A stretch of 64,000 nucleotides of DNA from Octopus vulgaris (lineage: Eukaryota): assembly GCA_951406725.2 (NCBI GenBank), contig OX597821.1, positions 90,644,001 through 90,708,000 of the forward strand, in the 5' to 3' direction. Below are positions 25,352 to 37,658 of the stretch, in pieces. Numbering within the stretch: position 1 is the first letter of the stretch; every line of letters starts with the position of its first letter. The notes below the pieces were generated by a model. The model did no database searches. It worked only from the letters and a program-made list of their open reading frames with translations, and was not told the DNA's origin. The position numbers and the translations under genes were made by a program.

Positions 25352-25551
25352 ATAGTAGTAGTAGTAGTTGCAGTAGTAGTTGTAGTAGGAGGAGGAGGGG
25401 GAAGAGGGGAGGAGGGAGGAGAAGAAGAAGAACATCAACAACGACAGCAACAACAACAACAGCAACAACAAAGACAAAGACAACAGCAGCAACAAGAAGA
25501 AAGAGTTGGTGATGGGATGACATGATGATGATGACAATGCTGATGACAACA

Positions 25552-25602
<51 letters not shown>
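25236..25602. repeat. (TAG/TGG), (CAA/CAG) and (GAT) microsatellite run
   Basis: Directly visible. Confidence 0.9.
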
Positions 25603-25705
25603 CAATGATAAAAATCAAATAGATAAAGCGAGCAAAAAAATGGCATATGTAAAGTTGAATTGGAAAAGATAATCAATGTGTGTATCCTATTATTTAATGT
25701 AATGG

Positions 25706-25740
<35 letters not shown>

Positions 25741-26160
25741 GTATGTTTAATCACACTATAATGCATATTTCTATCAGTCTATCTGTGCTCTTTCCATTCT
25801 CTCCCTCTATCTAAATCACTATTCTTTTATTCTTTTACTTGTTTCACTCATTAAACTGGGGCCAGGTTGGGGTACTTCCTTGACAACCAATGCTGGTGTG
25901 TTTATGTCCCCGTAACTTCACGGTTCAGCAAAAGAGACTGATAGAATAAGTACTAGGCTTATGAAGAATAAGTTCTGAGATTGATTTCTTCAACTAAAAC
26001 CCTTTAAGGTAATGCTCCAGCATGACTGCTGTCAAATGACTGAAACAAGTAAGAGAATAAAAGAATAAAAGAATGGTGAATTGTAGTGAAAAATCTAAGA
26101 TGGAAAAACCGTTTTTTTTTTTCCTCTGTCATCCCTTCTCTGGATCTTTCCTTTTCCTAT

Positions 26161-26195
26161 GTTTTTGATGAAGAGCTCTGCTCGAAACGTTAAAC
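26161..26195 (+). ncRNA. Minimal hammerhead motif (C3U variant) in a pLTR-like insert, about 26090-26285
   Basis: GTTT-TTGATGA-A-GAGC-TCT-GCTC-GAAA-CG-TT-AAAC; followed by (TA)n. Confidence 0.7.
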
Positions 26196-27245
26196 CCTGC
26201 TTCTTCCCTTCTTCCTGAGTGTCCAATAATACTATATTTGTTCCATGTTCTTGTGTTGTTGTGTTTTCATGTTTGGATTAACTTTATATATATATATATG
26301 AGATAATATATTTACATAGTCAACCAGTTTCACTTGAGATAATCATTACTAAGTAGTTAGTGCTAATGTTATAATTTCAAGTTATCATAGTAGGTTTTCA
26401 TTCCATGTTAGTGGGAGAGCAGATATGTTGTATATTAAATTTACAACGCAGCATGAATTTATAACATTACCACTAACTAATTAGTCAAGATTAACTTAAG
26501 TGATATTGGTCAATTATGTAAACCAACTGCAAATTAGAGATATTCTAATGGAAGCTTCTTACGTGAACCCTGTCAGCTATGCAAACTTAGAGATATTCTA
26601 ATGAAAGCTTCTGACAATAAGGAGGAGGACTTGAAAACATTTAGGTTAGAGAACAATTGGAAGTTCCTGTGAGAAAACCGAGGGCCACAAATCAAAACAG
26701 AGAGTATTAACAGCCACATATAGAATTTACATAAGAAAAATAATATATTCATATTAAAAATATAAATAAACAGATAAACAAATAGGATAGAAAATTATGA
26801 AAAAGGAAACACACAAAAAAGAGAATAAAATTTTGAAGCTAAATGTATTTTAGTTAACATTGAATAAATACAATGTGTAAAAGAAAAATTATATATATAT
26901 TAAATATATAAAAAAATGGAAGCTATACACATTGCCCGAAAATTGCCTACCACATTAAAAATTAACATTTTATGAAAAGCAAACTTGAGGAAAATAAACC
27001 ATGAAAAGATATATATAAAAAATAGTGGATATGTCCACACACATGCATACATGCATACATACACATTCACAATTATAGGCCAGAAACTACATGAATATAT
27101 ATACATATGCAAATATATAGATATAAATATATATATATACACACACACATATATATACATATATATACAAGCAGATGCCCCTCTTGTTGCCTTTCCTGAC
27201 ACAAGTGTGCCTCTTTATTTTCTTCCCATGTCTCTTTCTATGTTC

Positions 27246-27281
27246 CTTTCTGTGGAAGAGCGTATGCTTGAAACATTAAAG
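27246..27281 (+). ncRNA. Minimal hammerhead-like motif with variant core CUGUGGA, in a pLTR-like insert at about 27170-27378
   Basis: CTTT-CTGTGGA-A-GAGC-GTAT-GCTT-GAAA-CA-TT-AAAG; same family as 17055. Confidence 0.6.
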
Positions 27282-27433
27282 ACTTTTTCACTTCCTGAGC
27301 ATTAAACTAATACATCTGTTTGTTGTCTACACCACCTGTCTTTGTCTTTGGTTTTTTTTTTTTGTGAATTCTCCCCCTATATATATATTATAAGTATATG
27401 AAAGAATGGAGTTGAACGACTAGTTAACAAATA

Positions 27434-27531
27434 TCCTTTATTCTCGACATATGTTTCGAAGGCTGCATATTCCTAATTCCGAAGGAATAAGGAGTACATT
27501 ATGCAGATTTCTCATCAGGAAAATCAAGGAA
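27434..27531 (-). ncRNA. Type I hammerhead ribozyme with extended stem II
   Basis: Minus strand: TTTTC-CTGATGA-GAAATCTGCATA...TATGCAGCCTTC-GAAA-CATATG-TC-GAGAA; homologous to 37561. Confidence 0.85.
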
Positions 27532-27931
27532 CTTATGTCAACATCAAAATGCACAAAAAACTTTTAGCAGACCGCTCTCAAGGAGCCCATGGTGATAATG
27601 AGTGTCTCTTTATAAGGAGTGACGTCAGAATGGCTGAATGTAGAAGAATCTAGAAGGTTCAAGGGTTCAAACGAAGTAGGAGGAGGGAGGCATAAGAATA
27701 GTAAGGTGAGAGAGTGCAGGTCAAAAGAATGGTGGGTTTAAATGATTTCTTTTATGAATGAGTGCCTGTGTGTGTGACTGTATATAACTGTCTTAATGTG
27801 TGTATGTGTGTGTCTGAATGCGTGATTGTGTTTGTGGCTGGGTAGATGTCAGAAAACTGACAGCTGTGAGGTGAGAGGTCTGTGTGTTCGATTATCTTTA
27901 CTGTAGAGAAAGGAAAGTAGATAGCGAAAGT

Positions 27932-28025
<94 letters not shown>

Positions 28026-28056
28026 CTGTAAAATAATATGTGACAATTTTTCAATA

Positions 28057-28126
28057 GCCAAGATAAAACTCTGAGTTTCGGATGCCGAAGTGGAAATCCA
28101 CAACACCATCTCTTCAGTTATCTGGC
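28057..28126 (-). ncRNA. Type I hammerhead ribozyme in a ~165-bp insert flanked by (TA)n
   Basis: Minus strand: GCCAGATAA-CTGAAGA-GATG...CATC-C-GAAA-CTC-A-GAG-TT-TTATCTTGGC. Confidence 0.8.
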
Positions 28127-28184
28127 CATCTCTATTTACATAATATTGAGGTCTCTTTCTTTCTTTTGTTATCTTACCGTTTTT

Positions 28185-28234
<50 letters not shown>

Positions 28235-28379
28235 CCACACAACTAAATATGCATACATATACACATGAATGAGGCACACATGCAAACACACACACACACA
28301 CACAATATCTGTATTTCCAAATGTTGCTTCTTTATTATTGTCATTATTCTGAATAGGAATTTATTGAGTTCTTTGCTAA

Positions 28380-29070
28380 AAGTGGCTGTGTGGTAAGTAG
28401 CTTGCTTACCAACCACATCATTCCGGGTTCAGTCCCACTGCATGGCACCTTGGGCAAGTATCTTCTACTATAGTCTTGGACCGACCAAAGCATTGTGAGT
28501 GGATTTGGTAGATGGAAACTGAAAGAAACTTGTCGTATACATGTATATATATGTGTGTGTGTGTGTGTTTGTGTGTGCATGTGTTTGTGTGTCTGTGTTT
28601 CTTCCCCCAACATCACTTGATAACCGATGCTGGTGTGTTTACGTCCCTGTAACTTAGCAGTTCAACAAAAGAGACTGATAGGATAAGTACTAGGCTTACA
28701 AAGAGTTTCATTTCTTCATTTCCCTGAACAGAAGATTACATTGTTTTACAACATTTTATTCCTTTGGAATAATACCAGTGATATCTTCGAAACATGTGTC
28801 AGAAGTAAAAGAATTTGAATAACACCTGAGTTTAACATCATTTATATGTATATATATATATATGTGTATGTATATATATATACAAGTTTGTGTTGCTTGA
28901 CAACCAATGCTGGTGTGTTTATGTTCCCTCAACCTAGCGATTCGGCAAAATAGACTGATAGAATAAGTACTAGGCTTACAAAGAATAAGTCCTGGGGTCG
29001 ATTTGCTCGACTAAAGGCGGTGCTCCATCATGGCCACAGTCAAATGACTGAAACAAATAAAAGAGTAACA
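28380..29070 (+). mobile_element. CORE-type SINE fragments (28380-28705 and 28885-29070) around a decayed HHR insert
   Basis: Family match; the insert at 28718-28810 has CTGAACA-GAAGAT...ATCTTC-GAAA-CATGTG-TC. Confidence 0.8.
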
Positions 29071-29340
29071 AAGTAAACAGGCCCTGCACAAATAAATATT
29101 TTCCTTATATGTGCAAATCCTTATTTCTACATTAAAGCAGCAAACTGGTAGATTTGTTAGCATGCCAGACAATATGATTAGCCCCTTTTCTTCCGGCTTT
29201 ACCTTTTTAGTTCAAATACTGCTGAGATCAACTTCGCCATTCATAATTTTGGGGTTGATAAAAGAAGTACCAGTTGTGCACTAGGATCAATGTAACTGAT
29301 TGACCCATCCCCTAAAATTACTGCCTTGTGTCAAAATTTG

Positions 29341-29680
29341 ACCTTGGGCAAGTGTCTTCTACTATAGCTTCGGGCCGACCAATGCCTTGTGAGTGGATTT
29401 GGTAGACGGAAACTGAAAGAAGCCAGTCGTATATATGTATATATATATGTGTGTGTGTGTGTTTGTGTGTCTGTATTTGTCCCCCTAGCATTGCTTGACA
29501 ACCGATGCTGGTGTGTTTATGTATCCGTTACTTAGCGGTTCGGCAAAAGGGACCAATAGAATAAGTACTGGGCTTACCAAAGAATAAGTCCCGGGGTCGA
29601 GTTGCTCGATTAAAGGCAGTGCTCCAGCATGGCCGCAGTCAAATGACTGAAACAAGTAAAAGAGTAAAAGAGTAAAAGAG
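29341..29680 (+). mobile_element. 5'-truncated CORE-type SINE, preceded by a degenerate Nin-type SINE at 29135-29340
   Basis: Family match. Confidence 0.85.
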
Positions 29681-29847
29681 TTATTTCTCATATTATCATA
29701 AAGCTCATTCCTGTAAGTTCATTTCAAAGAACACTTTAATGTTGATTTCGGCTTTTGGAGCTCTTTCTAAAGGTATTTTTTAAAGGTGAGAACATTTGCT
29801 ACAATCATCACAAATATTGGATATCCATTATTTTCCACTATTTCTTA

Positions 29848-30363
29848 GAAAAAGATTTTCTAACTAGAAAGGTTAAGGCCTGGTCAGCCTGTAATGATAT
29901 GCATAAGATCTGGTCATCAAATCTAAGTAGAGATTTCAAACTTAAAATCTTCAAAGCCACAGTCGAACCAATTCTACTATACGGCTCAGAAACCTGGATG
30001 CTATCGAAGAAGCTTGAGAGGCAGTTGGATGGAACCTTACACTCGCCTCCTTATGAGAGCTCAAAATATCTCGTGGAAGCGTCATCCAACCAAAGTAAAA
30101 ATATATGGGAAGTTACCACCTGTATCATCTCTTGTGAAATGTAAAAGAGTCCAGTTTGCTGGACATTGTTGTAGAGCTGAAAACGAGGTAATTTCTACTC
30201 TTCTCCCCTGGAAGCCATCTGCTCACGATACCAGAGGGCGCACACTTGCCTACTCTGATGTAATCTCCAGGGATACAGGACCTCCATAATGCTATGATGG
30301 ACCATGAAGTCTGGCGTAACATAGTAAGTTCCATTGTCTCGACCACGGTCGAACAATGATGAT
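29848..30363 (+). pseudogene. RTE-clade LINE 3' fragment (post-RT C-terminal region), frameshifted, with a (TGA)n tail
   Basis: KAWSAC..MHKIWSSNLSRDFKLKIFKATVEPILLYGSETW and YTRLLMRAQNISWKRHPT...RVQFAGHCCR. Confidence 0.85.
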
Positions 30364-30910
30364 TTCTTTGATAGATTTTAAGTGGTTAATTTTCTTACAA
30401 GACAACTTTTGTTACTACTGATCAAGGCCTGAGAACTGATCATAGTTCGCTTCTGTATTGATACTAAAAATATTATCTGTGTTCTAGATACATTATTTTA
30501 TGGATGTGTGTATGTATTTTAATCTATATATAAAACAATATATTAATTTCTCAGTGTCTATCCATTCTAGTTCAATGTAATTAATTATATGATTGCTTGA
30601 AAAATGAATATTTTTTCATACTCATTAAGTTAACTTCTAAAAATGGTTTTCAAGAAGAAATAAACTATGTATTTTTGAGATTTTATTTGCAACAAAAACA
30701 CACATCTAAATATATACATATATAAATATATTGTAATATTGATATATTTGCTTATTTTTATATCCTATACACTTGGATATATACACATACACAAGTATTT
30801 GTCTGTAGGTGTGAGAAATTTTTGTGAATGAACATCTGATAAATGAGGATATTTATGTTTTGTGTGTGTACGTGCTTGTGGACAGGTGAGAGAGAATAAG
30901 GTGAACATGC

Positions 30911-30953
<43 letters not shown>

Positions 30954-31777
30954 AAAGAAAGAAGAATATAAAAACATTTTTATTTCAATCAAAATAAAAT
31001 GAAGATATAGATACATGTGTGTGCATGTGTGTGAGAGAGAGGGAGTGTGTGTGTATAAATATATATACATATATATATATATATATCATCTTCATCATCA
31101 TCATTATATAAATATGTATGTAAATGTATGTATTTATATATATAAATATATATATGTGTGTGTCATCATCATTATCGTCACTGTTTAATGTAAGTATGTA
31201 TGTAAATGTGTGTATATATATATTACATGTATCTGTATAAAATTCAATTTATGCAGATGTGTATCTGAATATATATATTTATACAGCCCTCAGTCAAAAT
31301 CGTCGTACCCATGCTAGCATGGAAAGCCGACGTTAAACGATGATGATGATGATGAGGATGATGATAAGACACACTCATATATGATTGTATGTATATATAG
31401 ATAATCATTGATACTCTGCTTCTACTTTCTAGGCTGGCATGGGTTGAACAGTTTGCCATGGCATGCGTCTTCTTATATAGGTAGCTATTGCTCACATAGA
31501 TCAGTGCTCATCACATAGATTGATGCCCTTCCACTATTCCCGATTGCCAGCCTCTTTACAGAATGAACAAGATGCATTTTCTCATAGCACCACTGCTAGA
31601 GAGGTGGCTAATCTTCTGCAAGACAGCACTAAGTACCACACAAAGATCCAAGATATTTGTTTGTAGGGCGAGATTAGGGTGAGAAAGGCAAGGTGTAATA
31701 GATGTACAGGAAAAGAGTGGAAGAGTGAGTATATGGAGAGTGGGGGAGAGCTAATTTTAGCATACTGTATAGACATA

Positions 31778-32188
31778 CTCTTTTACTCTTTTACTCTTTT
31801 ACTTGTTTCAGTCATTTGACTGCAGCCATGCTGGAGCACCGCCTTTAGTCAATCAAATCGACCCCTGGACTTATTCTTTGTAAGCCCAGTACTTATTCTA
31901 TCGGTCTCTTTTGCCGAACCGCTAAGTGACGGGGACGTAAACACACCAGCATCGGTTGTCAAGCAATGCTAGGGGGACAAACACAGACACACAAACACAC
32001 ACATATATATATATACATATATACGACAGGCTTCTTTCAGTTTCCATCTACCAAATCCACTCACAAGGCATTGGTCGGCCCGGGGCTATAGCAGAAGACA
32101 CTTGCCCAAGATGCCACGCAGTGGGACTGAACCCGCAACCATGTGGTTGGTTAGCAAGCTACTTACCACACAGCCACTCCTACGCCTA
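31778..32188 (-). mobile_element. CORE-type SINE, full length
   Basis: Family match. Confidence 0.9.
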
Positions 32189-33107
32189 TGTACATGCATG
32201 TGTGCATATGGTGTTGTACATATCATAGATTGTTGTGAAAAATTTTATGTTTTACTTTTCGTGAGTGGAAACATGAAAGTGTGGAGGTCTGAAGTTTATA
32301 CTGAAATTTCAGTTGGATAGTTTGCTAACATATTTCTACATTCATGTGGGTAGGAGAAAAAAAAAACTTTGCTTCAATATTTTATGTAGGCATGTAGGAG
32401 AAGGAGGTTTTTAATGTAATTTTGTTCACAGCTTAGCAAAGTACACATCATGTACTGCTGCTAAAATAAGATTTGCACGTTTCTTGTATCCTCTGCTTGA
32501 TTTCAGAATGTGTAACGTCTGCTTTCAGTGTCTACACAAGTCACATGAGAGTTGTGATATTTTGCCTCACTTGGATATTTAATGAGGAACTGAAGTTATT
32601 GAATTCTGAAGGGATTCCTGTCATGCCCACATATCACAATACATTCGTGACTCCAGAAGCATCTTTAACATTACGTTTGCACAATGGTTATTGTATTACA
32701 GTGGCCATTGAGTGGACACATGATATTATCTCTGCATGAGCAATGTGCTTCGTTCTAGGGCTGCACCTACTTGCTGATCACTGCAAAGAGTGACATTCAA
32801 AGTATGATTAGGAAAAGTTCCCCTATATTGTGCTTTGAGAGAAATGCTTATTAACTAAGGTAACAAATATAGTTCTTTTCCTCCTTGGACTAGGTAATAT
32901 CTGACATGAATTTAGTTCTCTTCTTTTACTACAGCCCTAAGTCCCTCAAATAAGATGTGACACTTTCAAGCTTGCAATGACAAAGGACGTATACTATTCC
33001 TTTTAGCCATTTCTGATGATTGCTGGAGCTGGTTCTCCATTTCTTCATTCATTTCTGGCATAAAACCAATTAGTAATTTAGCTATTACAAGATTATTTCA
33101 AAAGTAC

Positions 33108-33179
<72 letters not shown>

Positions 33180-33182
<3 letters not shown>

Positions 33183-33600
33183 ATGCAAAATGGTACAAGA
33201 AAGCAAAACATCCGAACAGCTAGGTGATACAAAAAGGAACAACAAAACATCCAGATAGACGATAGAAAGAAAACAAGGACGAGTCATTCGAAGTTTTCTT
33301 TCCTCAGTAAAGCACCAAATTATCCTCGCAATTTCGGTTAATTAATTTGAGATTGCTCCAATCTGGACAGACCCAAAGAAAAACTAAGCTAAGAGCATAA
33401 GATTGTTTGGAAAAAAGCAGCGAATGTATACAAAAACAAGGATGGAAAAAACGTACAAAGTGACACAAATATAAATACAATAATAAATACAATAAAAATA
33501 ATAACTGGTGTCTTTCGACTAAAGACGAATTGAATTAAGCTGGCGCGTATGGAAATGAAGCTTTACGGCTGAGATACAAAAATTTCACAAGCACAAGGAA
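33180..33600 (-). repeat. Microsatellite-associated interspersed repeat (family of 14730 and 62655)
   Basis: Shared conserved blocks. Confidence 0.75.
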
Positions 33601-33614
33601 TAATATCTCGTATC

Positions 33615-34957
33615 CCTGTGTGTTCTCTTTCGTTTGCTGTAATCGATTTAACTGCCATTGCGCAGGATCAGCCATCACAGGACATAGTGGCTCTAACTTT
33701 TACCAAGTTGTCCTGTTGCAAGTTTGTCTATCTTCCACTTCCGTCGACTGAAGCCACAATCCTTAGTGACACAGCTACTGGTCTCCCTGGCCGTTTGTAC
33801 CTGCGAACCACCAGCGTTCCGTTTTTGATGCCTTGCATTCACTCTCATATCCTGAAATCGTTGCCTTGGTGAAGCTTATTACGGCTCGGTTTTTCTGGCC
33901 TAATATGCACCGGATGATCACCGATTAGGCACGTTCTTGTGTGAAATGCCAGCGTTCTAAAAGCCACAGGCATATTCGCGCTCTTCTTAGATAGTTTTCT
34001 CCGCCGGAGACACGCTTTCGCCATGTCCACATTGATCTCGTTGGACCATGGCCTATCAGTCGCGGTTTCTCTTACATATTGACATGCGTCGATCGTTTCT
34101 CTCGTTGGCCTGAAACCATTCCAGCAGTGGACATTTCCATTGAGTCAGTTGCTCGAGCTTTCGTTTCTAATTGGATTGCTCGTTTTGGTGGTCCAGCTAA
34201 GATAACCACTGACAGTAGATGCTAGTTCAAAGCTTCCTTATTTCACAAATTACCACGAATCCTAGGGGTTCATCACATTCGTACGACCAGCTACCACCCG
34301 GCTTCCACCGGGATGGTCGAACGTTTTCACAGGCAACTAAAGGCTGCTCTACGCGCCAACTCCTGATTCGCAGTCTTGGACAGAATTCCTGCCTATCTTT
34401 CTTCTTGGATGTCGCACTGCCGTTCAGTCAGACTTAGGTTTCTCCTCTGTCGAACTCCTTTACAGTACCACCTTGACATTTCCTAGTACAATGTTAGCAC
34501 CAGCCAGTTCATCACATCCTGATCCAATGTCGTATGTCAGCAAACTTCGCTTGTATTTCTCCAGTCTTTCACTAACGTGACCAATCTATTCCCTCGAGAT
34601 GATTCTCCCTATAAAGGAGTACTGCTTGTTTCTCCCTATAAAGGACTGTTTTGTGTGCTATCGAGCACACCCAAAACTTTTACTCTCGACATCAATGATC
34701 GGGCAGAGACAGTGTCAGTCGACATACTAAAAAAGGCATATTTTGAGGTTTCCACACTCTTCGATGACACTCCGGCCACGCCCAATTTTGATCATTTACA
34801 ACCACCTACACATCCACCTGCACATGCACCTTTGAACACACTATCACCTACACCTCCACCTTTGTTGCCACAATCTAACAAAAGCAAACTTTATGTCACC
34901 AGGACAGGCCGTACTGTGCATTGGTCCCAAAAACGTACTAAAACTATTTATATCTGA
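33615..34957 (+). pseudogene. Gypsy/Ty3 LTR-retrotransposon pol remnant (integrase)
   Basis: Across frameshifts: ARSCVKCQRSKSHRH (Zn finger), HVHIDLVGPWP..GFSYILTCVDRFSRWPETIP, WIARFGGPAKITTD, RTTSYHPASTGMVERFHRQLKAAL, PYKG.F.VL....KTFTLDIN....VSVD.LKKAY, TRTGRTVH. Confidence 0.9.
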
Positions 34958-35199
34958 CAATCTCTTTTGTGTTTCCTGTGACAGATAATTGCTTTCTTGT
35001 GTTACTGAATAATTCCAATGCTCTGCCATTGAACATTTTGTCAAATTATGAGCATGCTAATTTATATTTCTTGCAATTATTTTTCTTTTTGACTCGTCAC
35101 ATTTTTGTACCAAATTTTGCTGTTTGCGATCGGTTACCACCATTACTCTTTTCTTGTGCCTTCTCCAATTATTCTCTATTTCCACACCGGCGTTCTCAG

Positions 35200-35514
35200 G
35201 GATGAGCCACTATAGAGAGGCACAAAGTAGTCAGTGCCATTTTGAAACAGCGAGATCTCGCCTGCAACCATTATTTAAGGAAAAGACAACAACAATTTCC
35301 CTCTCCTTTCTTCTAACTCTGACGCCGCACAGAGGTTATTGTCTGCAGAGGTTATTGAACCTCACGCGTATGGGAGAGAAAGCTAACTACGCATTGCTGT
35401 GAAGATGGTTATTGAAAGCAAACCCCTTGTACGAAGCACCTGTGAATAAACGGTTATTGAATTTACTCTGCCTGAAAATTTCCTTCTTCGCATTTCCAGC
35501 TCCTTGAATCAACA
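35200..35514 (+). mobile_element. Probable 3' LTR of the Gypsy remnant
   Basis: Follows the pol 3' UTR, contains AATAAA and ends ...CAACA; the 5' boundary is uncertain. Confidence 0.5.
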
Positions 35515-35689
35515 GAATAATTATGATGGAAGAAGAAGATACCCTCAGAGTATCATAAAAACCTTCCTTCCATCATATATATATATATATATATATATCA
35601 TGAAGTAGGTTTATTACCTACTATTTGTTTTGAATATTAATTTTAATACTCATAAATAATAGGTAATTAGATAAACCAAGTTTTATATT

Positions 35690-36835
35690 TAAGGAAAATA
35701 AGAAAATAAAGATTAATCAATTAATAATTATATTTATTAATTGCAAAAATAAACATAATCCCTGACAGCTATTTTGATTCAGACTTTAATGAATTCAGTA
35801 GAAAAAAAGATATACCATTACATTTTTATATGTTAAGTGTACAGAGCAATTTAGCTGAGTATAGTTTTATGGATAAATTTGATATAGAACTTATAAAGTG
35901 GGGAAAGGGTGTATATTTATAAAGAAAGTAAATATATAATATACTCTGGGTAATCATTAAAAAGTATAGAGATAAATATTATATAGTGATTAATCGTGTA
36001 TTTAAGTATCATAATAGTTTTGGGGTAAGTATATTTATAAAAATTTAAGCAATAAGAGTGTATAAATTTGTAAATAAAAATAAGAAATGGATGGAGTTAT
36101 AGATATATTCATATATATATTTTATATATAAATATAAATACATTCAAATATTTATACATATATAAAAATACATAAAAATATATAAACATATATCTACAAA
36201 AATCTTGCATATATACTTATATATATTTACACGCTCACACATAACAGATACATGTAAATATCTGTACAGAAATCACATGCAGAAAAATTGAGTAAATATG
36301 TAATTTTATAAATATGCAATTTTATATATATTTTTATATATTTTATGTAATTTTATATATGCATTGATATTTATATATACATATCCATCTCTTATTTCTA
36401 TTTACAAATTTATACGCCCTTATTGCTTAAATTTTTATAAGCATATTTACCCCCATTACTAATATGATTCTTAAATACACAGTTAATTACTATATATTAT
36501 TTATCTCTATACTTTTTAATGATTACCCAGAGTATATTATACATTTATTTTCTTTTTAAATATACACCCTTTCCCCACTTTATAAGGTCTATACTAAATT
36601 TATCCATAAAACAAAACTCAATTAGCTGAATTGTTCTGTACACTTAACACATAAAAATGTATTGGTATATCTATTCTTCTACTTCCGACAAATTCTATTT
36701 GATAATGATCTAATTATTTCAATTTAAATCTTTAAAGTCTGAATTGAAACAGCTGTAAGGGATTATGTCTATTTTAACAATTAGTAAATATAATTATTAA
36801 CAGATTAATCTCTATTTGCTTATTTTTCAAATATA
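35690..36835. repeat. Large imperfect inverted repeat (arms about 35690-36190 and 36325-36835); the right arm carries a decayed HHR at 36682-36761
   Basis: For example CTTATAAAGTGGGGAAAGGGTGTATATTTA versus TAAATATACACCCTTTCCCCACTTTATAAG; CCGACAA-ATTC...GAAT-T-GAAA-CAGCTG-TA-AGG. Confidence 0.9.
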
Positions 36836-36963
36836 TATGTATATATATATAAGTTCAGCAAAATTTAGATTCAAATGAATATGGTACTTAAGTTAGGTGC
36901 ACCAGAATTCTGTATGGCGTTATCCATATAAATCCATGGGTTGATTATAATCAAATTAAGCAA

Positions 36964-36999
36964 CAAGAATAACTCCGGTAATTACCGGAGTTATTCTTG
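36964..36999. repeat. Perfect 36-bp palindrome with no spacer
   Basis: CAAGAATAACTCCGGTAA|TTACCGGAGTTATTCTTG. Confidence 0.95.
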
Positions 37000-37560
37000 A
37001 TGATGTATATATATATATTTATTACTTCTTTGTTCTCATTGTTCTGTCTTTTACTGCTTTTGCTTTTTTATTGTTTTTATTATTTTGTTCTCACTGTCCT
37101 GTTCTTGTTACCACTTTCACCCTCTGCAAAACATCCCAAATTTTATTTGATTTACTTTGCGGGAAGGACTGTTTCAATGGAGTTGCATCTTGTCCTTACC
37201 TTCGAAAAAAGGAGTAGATGAAACAGGGACAACTGAAGAAGGGGAATATTCTTTATGTTGTATGTCTCGTTTCTCTGTTTTGTTTTTGTTGCTTGAAAAA
37301 AGTTCAGTTCGATGTTTTGGTTTTTATGTTTTCATTTCTCATTGTGCTCAACGTTTTTTTGATGTCCTGTACCCATATATGCATGTATATATACGTAGAT
37401 ATGTAGGTATGTACATATACTTATGCATATATGCATAAATTTATATATTATTTATATTATATATATATATATACATATATTTATATGTGTGTGTGTGTGC
37501 ATGTGTGTATATATATATTTATATTTATATATATAGGTTCGTCCTGATGCTGACATAGGT

Positions 37561-37658
37561 TCCTTGTCTTTCCTGATGAGAAGGCGGCATAATGCACCCT
37601 TTATTTCTTTCGGAATTAAGAATATGCCGTCTTCGAAACATATGTCGAGAGTAAAGGA
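37561..37658 (+). ncRNA. Intact type I hammerhead ribozyme with a 12-bp stem II, in a ~165-bp insert flanked by (TA)n
   Basis: CTTTC-CTGATGA-GAAGGCGGCATA...TATGCCGTCTTC-GAAA-CATATG-TC-GAGAG; GUC cleavage triplet; distal stem I TCCTT/AAGGA. Confidence 0.9.

Noticed and set aside
26315-26400. Further minus-strand hammerhead relic (ACTTGA/TCAAGT-GAAAC)
   Set aside because: The core and stem I are too degenerate to support a call
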